From NCBI GenBank assembly GCA_964016885.1, contig OZ024756.1:1178001-1242000 (forward strand): a DNA stretch of 64,000 nucleotides, in the 5' to 3' direction. The translations under genes were made by a program, and so were the position numbers. The notes under the pieces were generated by a model that worked only from the letters and a program-made list of their open reading frames with translations, was not told the DNA's origin and did no database searches. The first letter of the stretch is position 1; each line of letters begins with the position of its first letter. Below are positions 17,348-32,736 of this stretch, in pieces. The DNA is from Eledone cirrhosa (lineage: Eukaryota).

Positions 17348-17407
17348 TCCGTTATACATATTTCACTGAGGACTATCAGCTACGACAGCCTGAGCTCTTC
17401 AGGCGGA
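17348..17407 (-). ncRNA. Minimal hammerhead
   Basis: UCCGC-CUGAAGA..GAAA-UAUGUA-UA-ACGGA. Confidence 0.75.
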
Positions 17408-17557
17408 AAAAACCTATAAAACAATGAAAGTTCATAAAAACAATAAAGTTTGGTGAAATCCAATCATTTCATGGAGAAAGGTTTTCCTTTCTCAATACAG
17501 AGAGTCGGCCGGACGTATGTTGTTGGTTCTTTGACGACCCCCCCCCCTATATATATG

Positions 17558-17920
17558 TCTAAGACGGGTAAAATCCCCGAGATCCATGGAGGAGTTCTCT
17601 CCAGTGGTCTCTGTCCCACATCATTGCCGCCATGTCCTGCGTCTCCAACAGACCAGTGTCTGCCCTTAGGGCATCAACATATGTTAATCTCGGTATTCCT
17701 CCTCCAGTGTATCTATGCAAGGGCTCCCACAGGAGCACTGAATGCAGTGTCAACTCTGAATGTCGGTGAGCATGTCCAGCCAACCTCAGTCTCCTCTGTG
17801 TCACTTTTGAGCTGACTTTTGGGAGGCTCCCTGTACAGCTCTGAGCTTTTCATCCTCAGTGTATACTGATTAATGTTCAGACCCATCCTCAGCATTCTCG
17901 TGTAGCACCCATCCACCATC
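17558..17920 (-). mobile_element. RTE-type LINE 3' fragment
   Basis: VDGCYTRMLRM; RRLRLAGHAHRH; VLLWEP; PRLTYVDAL. Confidence 0.8.
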
Positions 17921-17922
17921 TG

Positions 17923-18015
<93 letters not shown>

Positions 18016-18139
18016 TTTAGAACAAAATCCAAGTCGGCTGACTGAAAATGGACGTATGCTTTTTTCTCTCCCTTTATTTCTCCCAGTTCCTTCCTCTCAT
18101 CACTCTTTACTTTCTATTTATCTTCTATTTCTAACTCTA

Positions 18140-18175
18140 TCTTCTGATGAAGGACTAGTGTCCGAAACGTCAAGA
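18140..18175 (+). ncRNA. Ultra-minimal hammerhead (Neptune-type pLTR); decayed copies at 36998, 45700 and 16520, related one at 52618
   Basis: UCUU-CUGAUGA-A-GGAC-UAGU-GUCC-GAAA-CG-UC-AAGA. Confidence 0.85.
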
Positions 18176-18278
18176 CTATCTTCCTGCTATTTCAAGCGAT
18201 AAACTAATATATTTCTTCCATATACTGTGTTGTTTGCTTTGTTATTTCTGTTTACCTTTTACACACAGACACACACAC

Positions 18279-18309
<31 letters not shown>

Positions 18310-18313
<4 letters not shown>

Positions 18314-18768
18314 AAAGTTTTATTTAAAATTGTTGGGTTACAACAAGTAAATATTTTATAACTGATATAAAGCACTCGACAAGTTTGGGAGTAGATATAC
18401 GATATTAAACAAATGGAAACTATATTTATAAAACCATATTTATTTCATTATACATATTTCGGGGATACCATATTAAAAATATGGCATGCCTTCTTCAGAT
18501 AAAATACAATATATAAACAGTTTTATAAATAATTTTGACGTACCATAAATATTGAGCAACCGTTATGTATGAAGCTGGTTTGGTAGAAACCAGCTTCCTA
18601 CATAACGGTTGCTCAATATTTATGGTACGTCAAAATTATTTATAAAACTGTTTATATATTGTATTTTATCTGAAGAAGGCATGCCATATTTTTAATATGG
18701 TATCCCCGAAATATGTATAATGAAATAAATATGGTTTTATAAATATAGTTTCCATTTGTTTAATATCG

Positions 18769-18772
<4 letters not shown>
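18310..18772. mobile_element. Two-armed PLE-type insertion with hammerheads at 18443-18504 (-) and 18664-18725 (+)
   Basis: ~185-bp arms, 5-nt spacer, tail on the left; CUGAAGA..GAAA-UAUGUA-UA. Confidence 0.85.
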
Positions 18773-18801
<29 letters not shown>

Positions 18802-19179
18802 TTTGCCTTATGCATACATGTATATATGTACGCATGTATATATATATGCATGCATTTACGTGTGTATATATGTATGTGTATGTGCTTACGCAAGTGTGTA
18901 AAAAAGACAGAATTGGGGAATTGCTTTAAAATGTTTTGTGTTTTGTGTTCAATCCCCATGGGTGAGATCTTGTTTTTGTATTCATCTGTTTTGTTAAATT
19001 AAGTACCAGTAATATATGTTGAACTGACGTTCACTCAACAGAATACACATTGGGAGGGAAATCTAAGTAATACAAATAGATATTATGTAAGCACGCACAC
19101 ACATATGTATATTCACACACATACATGCATGTATGCATGTATATATATAAATACACACGCACACACATATATATATATA

Positions 19180-19299
<120 letters not shown>

Positions 19300-19567
19300 T
19301 GAAATGATTACAAAGGAGAATATACCGTTAAAACATGTTTATATAAAAAAAGCACCTACGTACGTTTCGCCCGAAAAGGGCTTCTCAAGGGCATAGAAAA
19401 CTAAAAAATGTTCAGTACGTGACCCGGGAGGGGTTTTAAGGTTAAAATTACATTAAAGTTTATTCTTCGTTCAACCCTGTAGGTACAAGTATTGAGCACA
19501 TATGCACAAGCTATTGGCAACTAACTATATCTATCGCTTATCTCTTCTTCTCTCTCTCGATACTTAA

Positions 19568-19980
<413 letters not shown>

Positions 19981-19993
19981 ATATATATATATA

Positions 19994-22033
19994 CTAGCAG
20001 AAGTACCCGGCGTTGCCTGGGTGTAAGTCGACCTTTGGTCTGTTAGAATGTGTGAAAGTTACTTCCCGCGCATCACAGGTTCAAAACTTCGAAGTTCAAT
20101 GGAAAAAATAGGTTAGTAGACACAGGTGTGTAATTTCTTAATTGTAGTTACACAGTGTATCGTTGAAATTGTTCTCTGCACGACTGACGGAAGTCAAAAT
20201 CGCTTGATATTGAATGTTCAGTTAATTTAAAGCAGGGTGAAAATGTCGATTACTTTCAGGGTTTTTTTTTTTTTACAATTTTTGCGCTCACATGTGGAGA
20301 AGAAGAATTAAAAGGGCCTTTATGACGTTCCTGTAAAAAGTTTTCCCATGTGTAACTTTGCCTTGTTTTTTTGCGCAAAGTCGAGCCCCGCTTCAGTTTT
20401 ATTGATTTTTTACATCAATGCGTGATCTCTGAAGTAGATTTGAGTAGCTAAAAACCTGTCCCGGTAAATTTGCTATACGTGAAAAAAAGTTGATCAAAAT
20501 TGTATCTAGGGTTATTGCCCTTTGCCACAGCCTCAAGCCTCGTCTGACGGGATGTTGGTGATTCCTCCGTTAGCACTTGTTGGCGATGAAGGCGAACATC
20601 AGCAAGCCTTGTCGTACATGATGTTGGTGACTCAACCAGTCGGGAAAGACGTCTATCAGCGAGTCGAGATTCGCGCTCAGCAGGTGTTTCCTAGAGAAAA
20701 TTAATTAATTCTACTGGTTAGCTAAGCCAATGGCAGTGTCAATAGTAAATGAGAAAAGTCTAACATGAACAAAAGGGAATCAAGGTAAGACAATAAATTT
20801 AATATAACTACGATTAGAATGTTGTAGTTGCTTAAAAGTGGTGACAGTTAGGATAAACGCAGTACTTGCTAACATTAAGGAAGAATATTGCATAAAGGAT
20901 TAATCAATTGTGAATGAACTCATACCTGAGAAGGCCTAATTCGTTGTCTCAAAGCAATAGCTGTACCTTTTTTGGAGGTAAGTCTTGAACTTTTCCGTGT
21001 GGGCATAACGACGTGTAACGAAGCTGCTAGGTTAGAGAGAGGTGATTAAATACAGAGAGAGATGACAGCAGATTCGTTAGCATGGTTACTAGTGAATGGG
21101 AAGGTTTGGAAATATGATTACAATAACTTACCGAATTTTCCCGTCTATAAATTGCAGTTAAAATAATTAAATTTAATAAAAAAACAGCTCTGCGCTTTAT
21201 ACTCCGGTGAGCCTTATGTATAAATAATACAATGGTAATCAATCACGGCTCTAACAGAAGTAATAGATCTAGACTAAAAGTAAAGAAGATAGCATTTTCT
21301 GGTTGGCCTTACACGCCGTTGTGCGGACCTGATTTTAAATGATACGCCTTATATCCTGGTGAGCCTTATAGAGCGGAAAATATCTATTGGAAAAGAATAC
21401 GAATTCATGACCAAGGTGTGACAAAATAGGCGTCTATACAGTACCTGAAACAAACTTGTCCCAAACCCTAGGATTTTTCTCGTTAAGTATCCATCCAAAA
21501 GGAACCGTTTTTTAGTTACAAAAAATAACCAAAGTGTATAGTAGCTATATTTCTGACATATCATGCCAAAAAGAACAATATATTCAAAAAATGTTGTAAA
21601 GTACATTCAATCTCTCTTTTTGACCGATATCTTAATAAGCAAGTTATCGATTTTTTATTGGCTGTCAGTGTCTATCTGCATGCAGGTGTGCACGTGTGCG
21701 CAATTAATTGCAAATACGCTCATAACATTTAGTCGTAAGCAGAACAAAAAATGCCATTAGAGGTGGGCTAATAATGAAGACACAAACCCTGGTGAACTTA
21801 CGTTTAAACACCCGAAAAGTTACTCACTTCCTGTGCAAAAGACTGTATTATAAATTAAGTAATTTTTTAGAATCTTTTGTTTAAAAAAGGAAAACATTGG
21901 TACGACGTAACTTTTTTTACTTGTATTGTATGTGTACAACACAACTTGGTCAACGTATTATTTAGTAATTTTTTTAAACAAAACCAAAAGCAGTGTTGGT
22001 ATTAGATTCACGCTTGAGAGTGGGAGGGGGGAT
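19994..22033 (-). mobile_element. Helitron-like element (3' end clear, 5' boundary uncertain)
   Basis: Minus-strand imperfect hairpin CCCAGGC-AAC-GCCGGG, then CTAG|T at 19994. Confidence 0.5.
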
Positions 22034-22199
22034 ACATATATATATATATATATTTAAAAGTTAAACAAGGTTCAATGAATACATCAAAGAATGAGTTTTA
22101 CAATAGATTGGAAGCACTCAACAGTAGAAAAAGGTTTTCCAGTGATATTAATATTAATTCAAAATATTAACAAAATAGATATTCTTGTGATCAAGTATA

Positions 22200-22262
22200 T
22201 TTTATTATACATATTTCAGAGGTACTGAGTTAAGTTCAACGGTACGTCCTCATCAGATAAAA
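22200..22262 (-). ncRNA. Hammerhead in the left arm of the 22-26 kb PLE
   Basis: UUUUAU-CUGAUGA-GGACGUAC..GUACCUCU-GAAA-UAUGUA-UA-AUAAAA. Confidence 0.85.
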
Positions 22263-25200
22263 TAAGATGAAGAATGACATACCCTGACATAGTAGACGGT
22301 TAAGATTCAGTCATGGTAGTGATTAACATATGACAAAACTCAATATTTATACCCTAATATTGAGAACATGAGAAAAATATATAATACAAACAATAGAGAG
22401 AGAGTGCGTGTAATACAGCTTAAAAAATATATGGCATCAATATAACAGTTAAAAATAAATTTTTTTAAAACTACTGAAGAAAGAGGAAAGAAAGGAAAGC
22501 ATTGAGGAAGAAACAGCTGATGTGATAATATATTTAGTAGGTGCCTCGAAAGACAAATGAGAGATGATTAAAGAGAGGGAGAGACAAAGGGGAGTAATTT
22601 ATGTTCAAGTTTATATACAATTATCCATATATGGAATATATATCTAAAACCTATTTGGTTGACCGTTAATATTCAAAATCTTTAATTTAAGTTATTTCAG
22701 AGTAATGAGTAATATTTTACGTTTTAAAAGTTAATAGGTAACTATATTAATATTATATTATACTATCAAGTTTAATTTCTAAAATTCAAATTTTATGAAA
22801 ACAAATTTAAAGGACTTACGGTACACGAGAAAGAAAATATATAATGCTTTTATACCCTCACGAAGATAATCTTTACCAAAATTATTTATAATATTGACAA
22901 CAGTTTATATAATATCATTTATAAAATAATTATAGTTATAATTATTAAAGAATTTATGATTAAACAGTTTGAATACCTAAAGGATCAACCGGCCTTATAA
23001 CTAAACTTAAAGAAGTCTGAATTTTTAATTATATATATGTGTTAATCAAAAAATACACAAGGGATTACTAAAATACACAAGGGATAACTAAAATACACAA
23101 GGGATAACTAAACTTAAAGAAGTCTGAATTTTTAATTATATATATATATGTGTTAATCAAAAAATACACAAGGGATTTTCATCTTAAATATGATAAATAG
23201 AAAACTGCCGGAGATTACCTGTGGTTTATATAGGGACGATATTTTATTTACGGTTGTTAAACACAACAATACAGAACTAAACAGGGTAAAGAAAAATATA
23301 ATTGAATTCTTTAAAAATTACGACCTTAAACTAGAGGTAGAAAGTGGTACCAAAATAGTTAATTTCCTTGACGTTACCCTTAACTTAAACTCTGGTTTTT
23401 ATTTCCCTTTGCCCAATGAAAACTTAAATTACGTTAGTTATTACTCTAATCACCCTAAATCCGTGAAAAACGCGATTGTAAATAGTGTACAGAAATGCAT
23501 AACTAGAATATCTGCCAATAAATCAATATTTGATGAAAAGGCAGGATATTACAATGATGCGCTAAGAAAGGCAGGTTATAAAAATAATATAGAATATATA
23601 GACAATAATAATCCGAGTCTTAATCCTGATAAAAATAATGGCATATATAAACGAAATTCTAAAAATTCTAATAATTATAATTCAAACACCTATACTGTGA
23701 GTAGATCGGGATAAGAACCAGAACTAAATCAGTTATATGGTCTGCCCCCCCCCCGTTTCTGTAGCAGTAAGAACATCAATAGCTAATCTATTTTTTAAAG
23801 CTTTAGATAGTTCCTTCCCTAGTCAACATAAATACCACTCCATATTTAATAAACACACAATTAAACTTTCTTATTCTACAACTCTCAATATGGCCCAAAA
23901 CATCGCTAAACTAAATAGTATAATTCTAAACCAAAATCAACATAATGCTATTAATAATAGTGTTAATATTAATAATAATAAATCGAAATGTAATTGTAGA
24001 AATAAATCAGATTGCCCTCTGCAAAATAATTGTCTGGATAGAAATCTGGTGTATAAATGCACCGCAAAAACAAATAACAACACATACAACTACATAAGGG
24101 CAACTTCTTCGACATTTAAATCGAGATTTGCGAATCACAAATGCTCATTTTCGAATTTTAACAGGAAGTCTTCGACTTCTTTATCACAACTTATATGGTC
24201 ATTAAAAGACAAAAATTTAAAATACTCGATCTTTTGGACGAAGCTTTGTAATAGTAAAATATATACGAACTCGTCTATATCAACTAACTGCAACCACTGC
24301 ACAAAGGAGACCATATTAATAATTACTAATTATGAAAACTTAATTAACAAAAAAAGTGTATTATTCTCAAACTGCCTCCATAAAGCTTTGTCTACATTCC
24401 ACGCCTCGCAAAAAGTCAGGAAAGAACACTAAACAATCAGGCCTTAATATTTGACGTCTCTTATCAACTGTTGGGCCTAAAAAAGTCATAACGGTTTATA
24501 ACACTTTAATAATGCTTTATCTTCTAATCATTTATGATAGAATTAATGTTAGAATGAAGGATCCTCTTTAGATATATGAACATATTATTTGGTAACTTGT
24601 TTACTTGATAAATATGCACACCTTAGGATTATTTAGATATTTATAATTTTGATTCGGATCTTTATGTATCTGTCTCTGTTTTAAATATATAATTTGGATT
24701 TTTAACTTGTAAATTTACCGATTATAATTGAACTGTAGATCATTCATGCGTTTGCATTTTTTACTCATTCTGAGTATGTTTTGGGGACTCAGAAAGTTAG
24801 ATTTGCATTTATTTATTTTTTATATATATTTAGGTATAGATATAACAAACCATAATAGTCGACAAATATTGGTCTCTCTCTCCACTGAACTGGAGGTAAA
24901 ACTACAATTATAGCTTTACTAATAATGATTATAATTATTTATTTATTAAATGTATACCGTTTCACTAATACCTATAATAATATCTCTATATAGCTGTACA
25001 AATATGTTTATCTAGTGTAATAACATACTCGTAGTTACATTTATAAATAATTTAGATACTCAAATGACTCTATATTGTTATAAGTGTTTGATATTCCCTG
25101 GAAGTTCGAATTTATATAATGATTTTTACTTAATTTAATATAATTTAATTTAATTTAATTTATTTTAATTAAATTTAGATTACCTTCGGCTTTTTCAAAT

Positions 25201-26400
25201 ATGTAGCCTCTCTTTCTATCACATTCGCTAAAATATTTTAGACGTATCTTTTGTCTACTATATATTTAAACCCTATTACATTTTATAATTAAACTTTAAT
25301 ATTACATTTTATAATATATTTTTAATATTGGGCATTTTTAAGTTTCGCAAACATTTCATTATTTTTATTTTTTATTTTTATAATTATTTTTATATTTATT
25401 TTGTATCTAGCCCCGATCAGTAGGACTCATGAAGTTTTGACTTATATATTTATAGTATATATCAACTAAATGAAAATAATTCATATAAAACATAAATTTT
25501 TTTTTTAACAATATAATTTATTTGCAGTAACTTATTTACTATATTGTATTATTGTATTTTGTTATATTATATATATTTGAAAGGTATCACCTTAAGTCTA
25601 TAGACATTATAATCCTTGTGTATTTTTTGATTAACACATATATATAATAAACAATTCAGACTTCTTTAAGTTTAGTTATAAGGCCGGTTGATCCTTTAGG
25701 TATTCAAACTGTTTAATCATAAATTCTTTAATAATTATAACTATAATTATTTCATAAATTATATTATATAAACTGTTGTCAATATTATAAATAATTTTGG
25801 TAAAGATTATCTTCGTGAGGGTATAAAAGCATTATATATTTTCTTTCTCGTGTTCCGTAAATCCTTTAAATTTGTTTTCATAAAATTTGAATTTTAGAAA
25901 TTAAACTTGATAGTATACTATAATATTAATACAGTTACCTATTAACTTTTAAAACCTAAAATATAATTCATTACTCTGAAATAATTTAAATTAAATATTT
26001 TGAATATTAACGGCCAACCAAATAAGTTTTAGATATATATTGCATATATGGATAATTGTATATAAACTTGAACATAAATTACTCCCCTTTGTCTCTCTCT
26101 CTCTTTAATCATTTCTCATTTGTTTTTCGAGGCAACTACTAAATATATGATCACATCAGCTGTTTCTTCCTCTATGCTTTCCTTTATTTCCTCTTTCTTT
26201 AGTAGTTTTTAAAAAAATTATTTTTAACTGTTATATTGATGCCATATATTTTTTAAGCTGTATTACACGCACTCTCTATTGTTTGTATTATATATTTTTC
26301 TCATGTTCTCAATATTAGGGTTTAAATATTGGGTTTTGTCATATGTTAATCACTACCACGACTGAATCTTCTATGTTAGGGTATGTCATGCATCATCTTA

Positions 26401-26462
26401 TTTTATCTGATGAGGACGTACTGTTGAACTTAACTTAGTACCTCTGAAATATGTATAATAAC
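26401..26462 (+). ncRNA. Hammerhead in the right arm, sense to the PLE ORF
   Basis: Same motif as 22200-22262. Confidence 0.85.
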
Positions 26463-26508
26463 ATATACTTGATCACAAGAATATCTATTTTGTAAATATT
26501 TTGAATTA

Positions 26509-26542
<34 letters not shown>

Positions 26543-27003
26543 ATATATATACAAAGAAAGTGTGGTAAGGAACTAGGTGGACCATAACGCACCAGAGTAC
26601 TTGATACTTAGGGTAATAGGAAAAGAGTCAGGACCCCGACGGCTGAGCTCCAGCTGTTTCGACAGCTAGATCCGCACGCTGTTTGGATCTAGCCTTCCAA
26701 ACGGTCGGAGCTTAGTCGTCGGGGCCCTGACTCTTTTCCTATTTAATTATGTCTCATATAAAATAATACAACTGGCTATCCTGAAAATACGTATAGTTAG
26801 CACCCCAAACGTATAATTGGGATTATACTAAGGTATATCCTAATGTTTGTTGAGTGAGACGGAAGCCGGTCGGAGTATTGCTTAAAGCTTTCTCTGTTAA
26901 TGTATTAAATATGTATATATATATATATATTTGCGTTGCGTTTCGCTTTTTCTACCAGCCGAAATGCGATTCTCGTATATATATATATATGTATATATAT
27001 ATG

Positions 27004-27167
<164 letters not shown>

Positions 27168-27179
27168 AATATGTATATA

Positions 27180-27291
<112 letters not shown>

Positions 27292-27455
27292 CATGGTGGC
27301 TGCCAACTCGTTTTCGAGTACGGCCACTACTTTATATCCATGTAGGAGAACTACCGATGCGCTGAACGAGTGATATATACATATATATACATACATACAT
27401 ACATAAATACATACATACATACATATATACATACATACATATATATATACATACA

Positions 27456-27487
<32 letters not shown>

Positions 27488-27620
27488 AACTGATTTAGGA
27501 TCTCTGGCAAACAATCTATTTAGCACTTGTTGTTTATGTGCTGTTGACTTATATTTCAGTCTTTCTGTTGTAGCTGTGAGTTGTTGTTTCAACTGGTGTA
27601 ATACATACATATATATGTAT

Positions 27621-27945
27621 GTACCTCATGGGTGGATTGTTAAGGCTTTACAGTTAGCTAAAGTCCCACAACCATTGGTAGCTGCTGTTGAACGCCTGAC
27701 CAAGAACTGGTACACCAGTTGATCCTTAGAGGTGAGAAGGAGCAGGTTAAGACTGATAAGATACATTACCAGAAGGGCATCTTTCAGGGTGATAGCTTGT
27801 CAGTGCTACTGTTCGTTCTCTCACTGAATCCACTATCTTACCTACTCAGGAAACAAGGTGGACAAAGAAGTGGGCCCAGAAGTATCTCCCATCTTTTCTT
27901 TGTTGATGACCTAAAGTTGTATGGGCCAAATATCAATGACATACA
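27621..27945 (+). mobile_element. R4/Dong-like LINE RT fragment; a second piece lies on the minus strand at 27490-27600
   Basis: GIFQGDSLSVLLFVLSLNPLS..ISHLFFVDDLKLY; flanked by (TACA)n/(TATG)n. Confidence 0.75.
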
Positions 27946-27946
27946 T

Positions 27947-27988
<42 letters not shown>

Positions 27989-28057
27989 GTATGAATGTAT
28001 ATATATGTAAGTATGTATATATATGTATGTATGTATGTATATATGTATGCTCGTATA

Positions 28058-28666
28058 TGTCAGGTCACCAGTTGGTGCTACTGGTAACATGTATCCCAGT
28101 ACAACCTGTCTCATGGTCGGGTAGTTGGCGACTAAACTGGCAACCCCACCAAGGTTTCTTGGTGAGGAGGGTGACTTTGGACATCCTGCAGGACTAAAAA
28201 CAAAACCTGTCAAAGGGCAAAGGAGCTCTTAAGAGTCAATGGCCATCCAAAATCACTGGGAGAGATGACCCCTTAGCCTTTGTCAAGGCAGAATTCTAGG
28301 AGAAGGAAAACTCTGATATAACACCTGCAACCCTGATGGTATCCAATGATGTTGACTTGTTCTTCTTTTTGGTAAATATCATCTTGGTTAAGAGAGTGGG
28401 ACTGGCTTTGTGCAGTGCCTTTGCTCACTATAAAAGCTTCACGGCACAGGCATTGCTTTATATCTGGAGATCTCTCTGCACTTGTCCTCACATGGTACCA
28501 TGGGCCCAGCACTATGTGTCAATAATTGTCACAAGTGTAGTGTTTGTACCAGAGTTTTCAAGTCGCTGGCTGGACTAAAAAGTCACACTCGTTCAGCGCT
28601 TCGGTAGGGGTTCTCCTACATGGATATAAAGTAGTGGCCGTACTCGAAAACGAGTTGGCAGCCACC
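28058..28666 (+). mobile_element. Internally deleted RTE-derived element with target-site duplication
   Basis: ATGCTCGTATAT on both sides; RTE-like 5' motif GGAGAAGGAAAACTCTGA; C2H2-like 3' end CSVCTRVFKSLAGLKSH. Confidence 0.6.
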
Positions 28667-29237
28667 ATGCTCGTATATATGTATGCTCTCTAAATCTGGG
28701 TACATCATTCATTTAAAATCACATAAAAAGCCAACCGTATGCAGCTCTATCTAATGCTAGGGGAGACAACATGCGTGGTGTCAAAATCATTGGCTGGTCT
28801 TAAAAGACATATGAGGGTATGTCAGGATGACATCTCACAATGTGATGATTTCTCCCGAATGAAACAGTTCTAGTACTGTAGAAGCCTTTTCTATATTAAA
28901 TATTTATACTCTGCTTTGTATTGAGTACCTCAATTACTATGGTTACCCCCGATTGATCCCGGGATAAACTTATTTTATATATATATATATAAATATACAC
29001 ACGCACACAGACACACAAACACTCACACACACACAAACATATATGTATATATATGTATGTATATATTTGTATGTATATATGTTTGCATATGTATGTATAT
29101 GTATGTATATATATATGTATGTATATGTATGTATGTGTATGTATATGTAAGTATGTATCTATATGTATCTATATGTATGTATATGTATGTATATATATAT
29201 ATATACATATATAGATAAGTATATATATGTATATATA

Positions 29238-29276
<39 letters not shown>

Positions 29277-29277
29277 T

Positions 29278-29468
29278 AATTGTTTCTACTTTTTGGCACA
29301 AGGCCATCAAATACCCAGTACATTACTGGTACTTTATTTTATCGACATCGTAAGGATGAAAGGCAAAGTTAACCTCGGCGGGATTTGAACTCAGAATGGC
29401 AAGGGCCGTAACTCTATGCGTCAAAGCATGGCGTCCGACCCTCTACCGATACTGCCAATCCACGCCCT
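29278..29468 (-). mobile_element. SINE, same family as 4374
   Basis: Full-length match. Confidence 0.9.
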
Positions 29469-29607
29469 TATAATATATATACATATAATAATATTATATG
29501 TATGTATATTATAACGGTAAAGAACGTATTCTGTGCTCTGCGCGAGCATCGAGTGTTCAACCGGCACACCTCCTACGGACGCATTTATCTTGCAACGTTA
29601 AAATTAC

Positions 29608-29743
<136 letters not shown>

Positions 29744-30002
29744 AGAATATTTTCGAAACAGCGAGTGGGTTTTGAAATTATTAGAAATGTAAGCTATCGC
29801 CGTATGATGACTAAAGAAATTAAAGAAATTATTTAGCCTGATAGTGGGGTTAAGAACCCTCGGAAAAATGGAAAAAGATGAGTATTGACGTACATGTACG
29901 TCAATACTCATATTTTCCCATTTCTCCGAGGGTTCTTAACCCTACTATCAAAACCCACTCGCTGTTTCGAAAATATTCGTACTTGATATATATATATATG
30001 GG

Positions 30003-30641
<639 letters not shown>

Positions 30642-31184
30642 GAGATAAGAGGAGCAAGTGAGATTCAAACAATTTTTTAAAATAAATAAAAAAATATAAT
30701 TTAAATATTCACCTATTCCTTTTGCTTTTACCGACGGTTTCACCTCACAAAAGATTGGAAATCCGAGGGACTTCCAATGGAAATGTTCGGTTTTTTCAGA
30801 AAGCATTTTCCCTACATAGGACGAAAGTCCCACGAACGGCAAAATATATTGCATTCTGCCAGCTAGCTTGATCTACACATGAATTAGCCCTTAGTGTAAG
30901 CGGAAGAAAACATAGAAGTGTTGTCTATCACACCACTAAAAATAGCAGCTAGGTAAAACAACGGATTTTTTCTCTACACATAGGAGCATATATAAAAAGG
31001 AGATCAATATATATATAACGAAGGAAGTGTGGTAAGGAACCAGATGGACCATAACGCACCAGAGTACTCAATACTCAAGTTAGTAGAGTGGGTAATATGA
31101 AAATGTTTAACCCTGACGGCAGAGCTCAAGCCGGCTTGATCTCTGCCGTCGGGGTTAAACATTTTCATATATATATATATATAT

Positions 31185-31680
31185 ATGTACATCCTCCGAC
31201 CCTCTAGAATTGTTGGATATGTACCTAAATCAGAAACCATTATTGAGTTCAAATCTCGCCGAGGTGAACTTTGCCTTTCATCCTTACGGGGTCGATAAAA
31301 TAAAGTACCAGTAATGTACTGGGTAATTGCTGGCCTTGTGCCAAACGTAGAAACAATTATTACAATTACAAAGGTGGTGTCTTGGCAGTATCGGTAGAGG
31401 GTCGAACGCCATGTTTTACAGCAAAGAGTTACGGTCCTTTATGGTCTGAGTTCAAATCCCGCCGAGGTTAACTTTGCCTTTCATCCTTATGGGGTCGATA
31501 AAATAAAGTACCAGTAATACACTGGTATAATTGCTGGCCTTGTGCCAAAAGTAGAAACAATTACAATAAAATGAAATACAATAAAATAAAATACCAGTAA
31601 CATACTGAGGTCGATTTAATCAACTTTCCCCTCCCCCGAAAATTGCTGGCCTTGTGCCTTAAACATAAACCATTATTACA
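31185..31680 (+). mobile_element. Tandem cluster of SINE copies (full copy 31373-31562 plus two partial copies)
   Basis: Repeated SINE core and 3' end. Confidence 0.85.
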
Positions 31681-31946
31681 ATCATAATAAGAGAAGGGAA
31701 ACATGGCAAGAGGATGAATGAGTAGGGAAACATGGAGGAAGGGAGAAACAGAGGAGGGGAGGGGAAAGGAGCGGGAGATGGGGGAAGGAGGGGGAAGGAG
31801 GGAAGATATGAAGACAGAAATCAGGGGAGAAGTGAGATAATTTATATGTAACAAATGTTAATTTAGATATCAGTCTAATCAGTGTTATCATCTTGGTTGG
31901 AATGTTTAACTACTGATAATGGTTTCCCCCCTTAATAGCCCCCCCT

Positions 31947-31980
<34 letters not shown>

Positions 31981-32069
31981 CACACACACACACACAGAAT
32001 TGTATACACTTACACATGCTCCCTTATAGTTATATAGTTATACACATATATGCATACAAACAAATATAT

Positions 32070-32720
32070 ATACATACATGCATGTATACAAACATTTATA
32101 CATACCTACATACATACATACATACATACATATATGTATACAAACATTTATACATACGTACATACATACATATATGTATACAAACATTTCTACATACGTA
32201 CATACATACATATATGTATACAAACATTTATACATACGCACATACATACATACATACATATATGTATACAAACATTTATACATACGTACATACATACATA
32301 CATACTTATATGTATACAAACATTTATACATACGTACATACATACATACATATATGTATACAAACATTTATACATAGGTACATACATAGATACATACATA
32401 TATGTATACACACATTTATACATAGGTACATACATATATGTAATTAAACATTTATACATACGTACATACATACATATATGTATACAAACATTTATACATA
32501 CGTACATACGTACATACATATATGTATACAAACATTTATACATAGGTACATACATACATACATACATATATGTATACACACATTTATACATAGGTACATA
32601 CATACATACATATATGTATACACACATTTATACATACGTACATACATAGATAGATATATGTATGCAAACATCGATACATACATACATGCATACATATATA
32701 CATGCATACAAACATTTATA
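32070..32720. repeat. Microsatellite-derived minisatellite (TATGTATACAAACATTTATACATACGTACATAC..., variable unit)
   Basis: Direct reading. Confidence 0.9.
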
Positions 32721-32736
32721 TATATATACATATGTG

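Larger units (their letters stand above)
22053..26512 (+). mobile_element. Hydra-clade-like PLE with degenerate RT/GIY-YIG ORF (23175-24432) between ~0.9-kb inverted repeats
   Basis: GLYRDD, FLDVTLNL, SNHP, CNCRNKSDCPL, VY..YIRAT..FKSRF..H; stop and frameshift near 23712-23750. Arms at about 22153-23067 and 25610-26510, each with a hammerhead. (TA)n flanks. Confidence 0.9.

Noticed and set aside
18310-18772. Palindromes as MITEs or Foldback DNA transposons
   Set aside because: The two termini differ (tail on one side only), junctions vary, arms carry hammerheads, and one related copy carries a PLE ORF
23190-24432. Selenoprotein-type (Naiad) PLE or programmed frameshift
   Set aside because: The interruption is TAA plus a homopolymer frameshift, the endonuclease is C-terminal and YIG is mutated to YIR; ordinary decay
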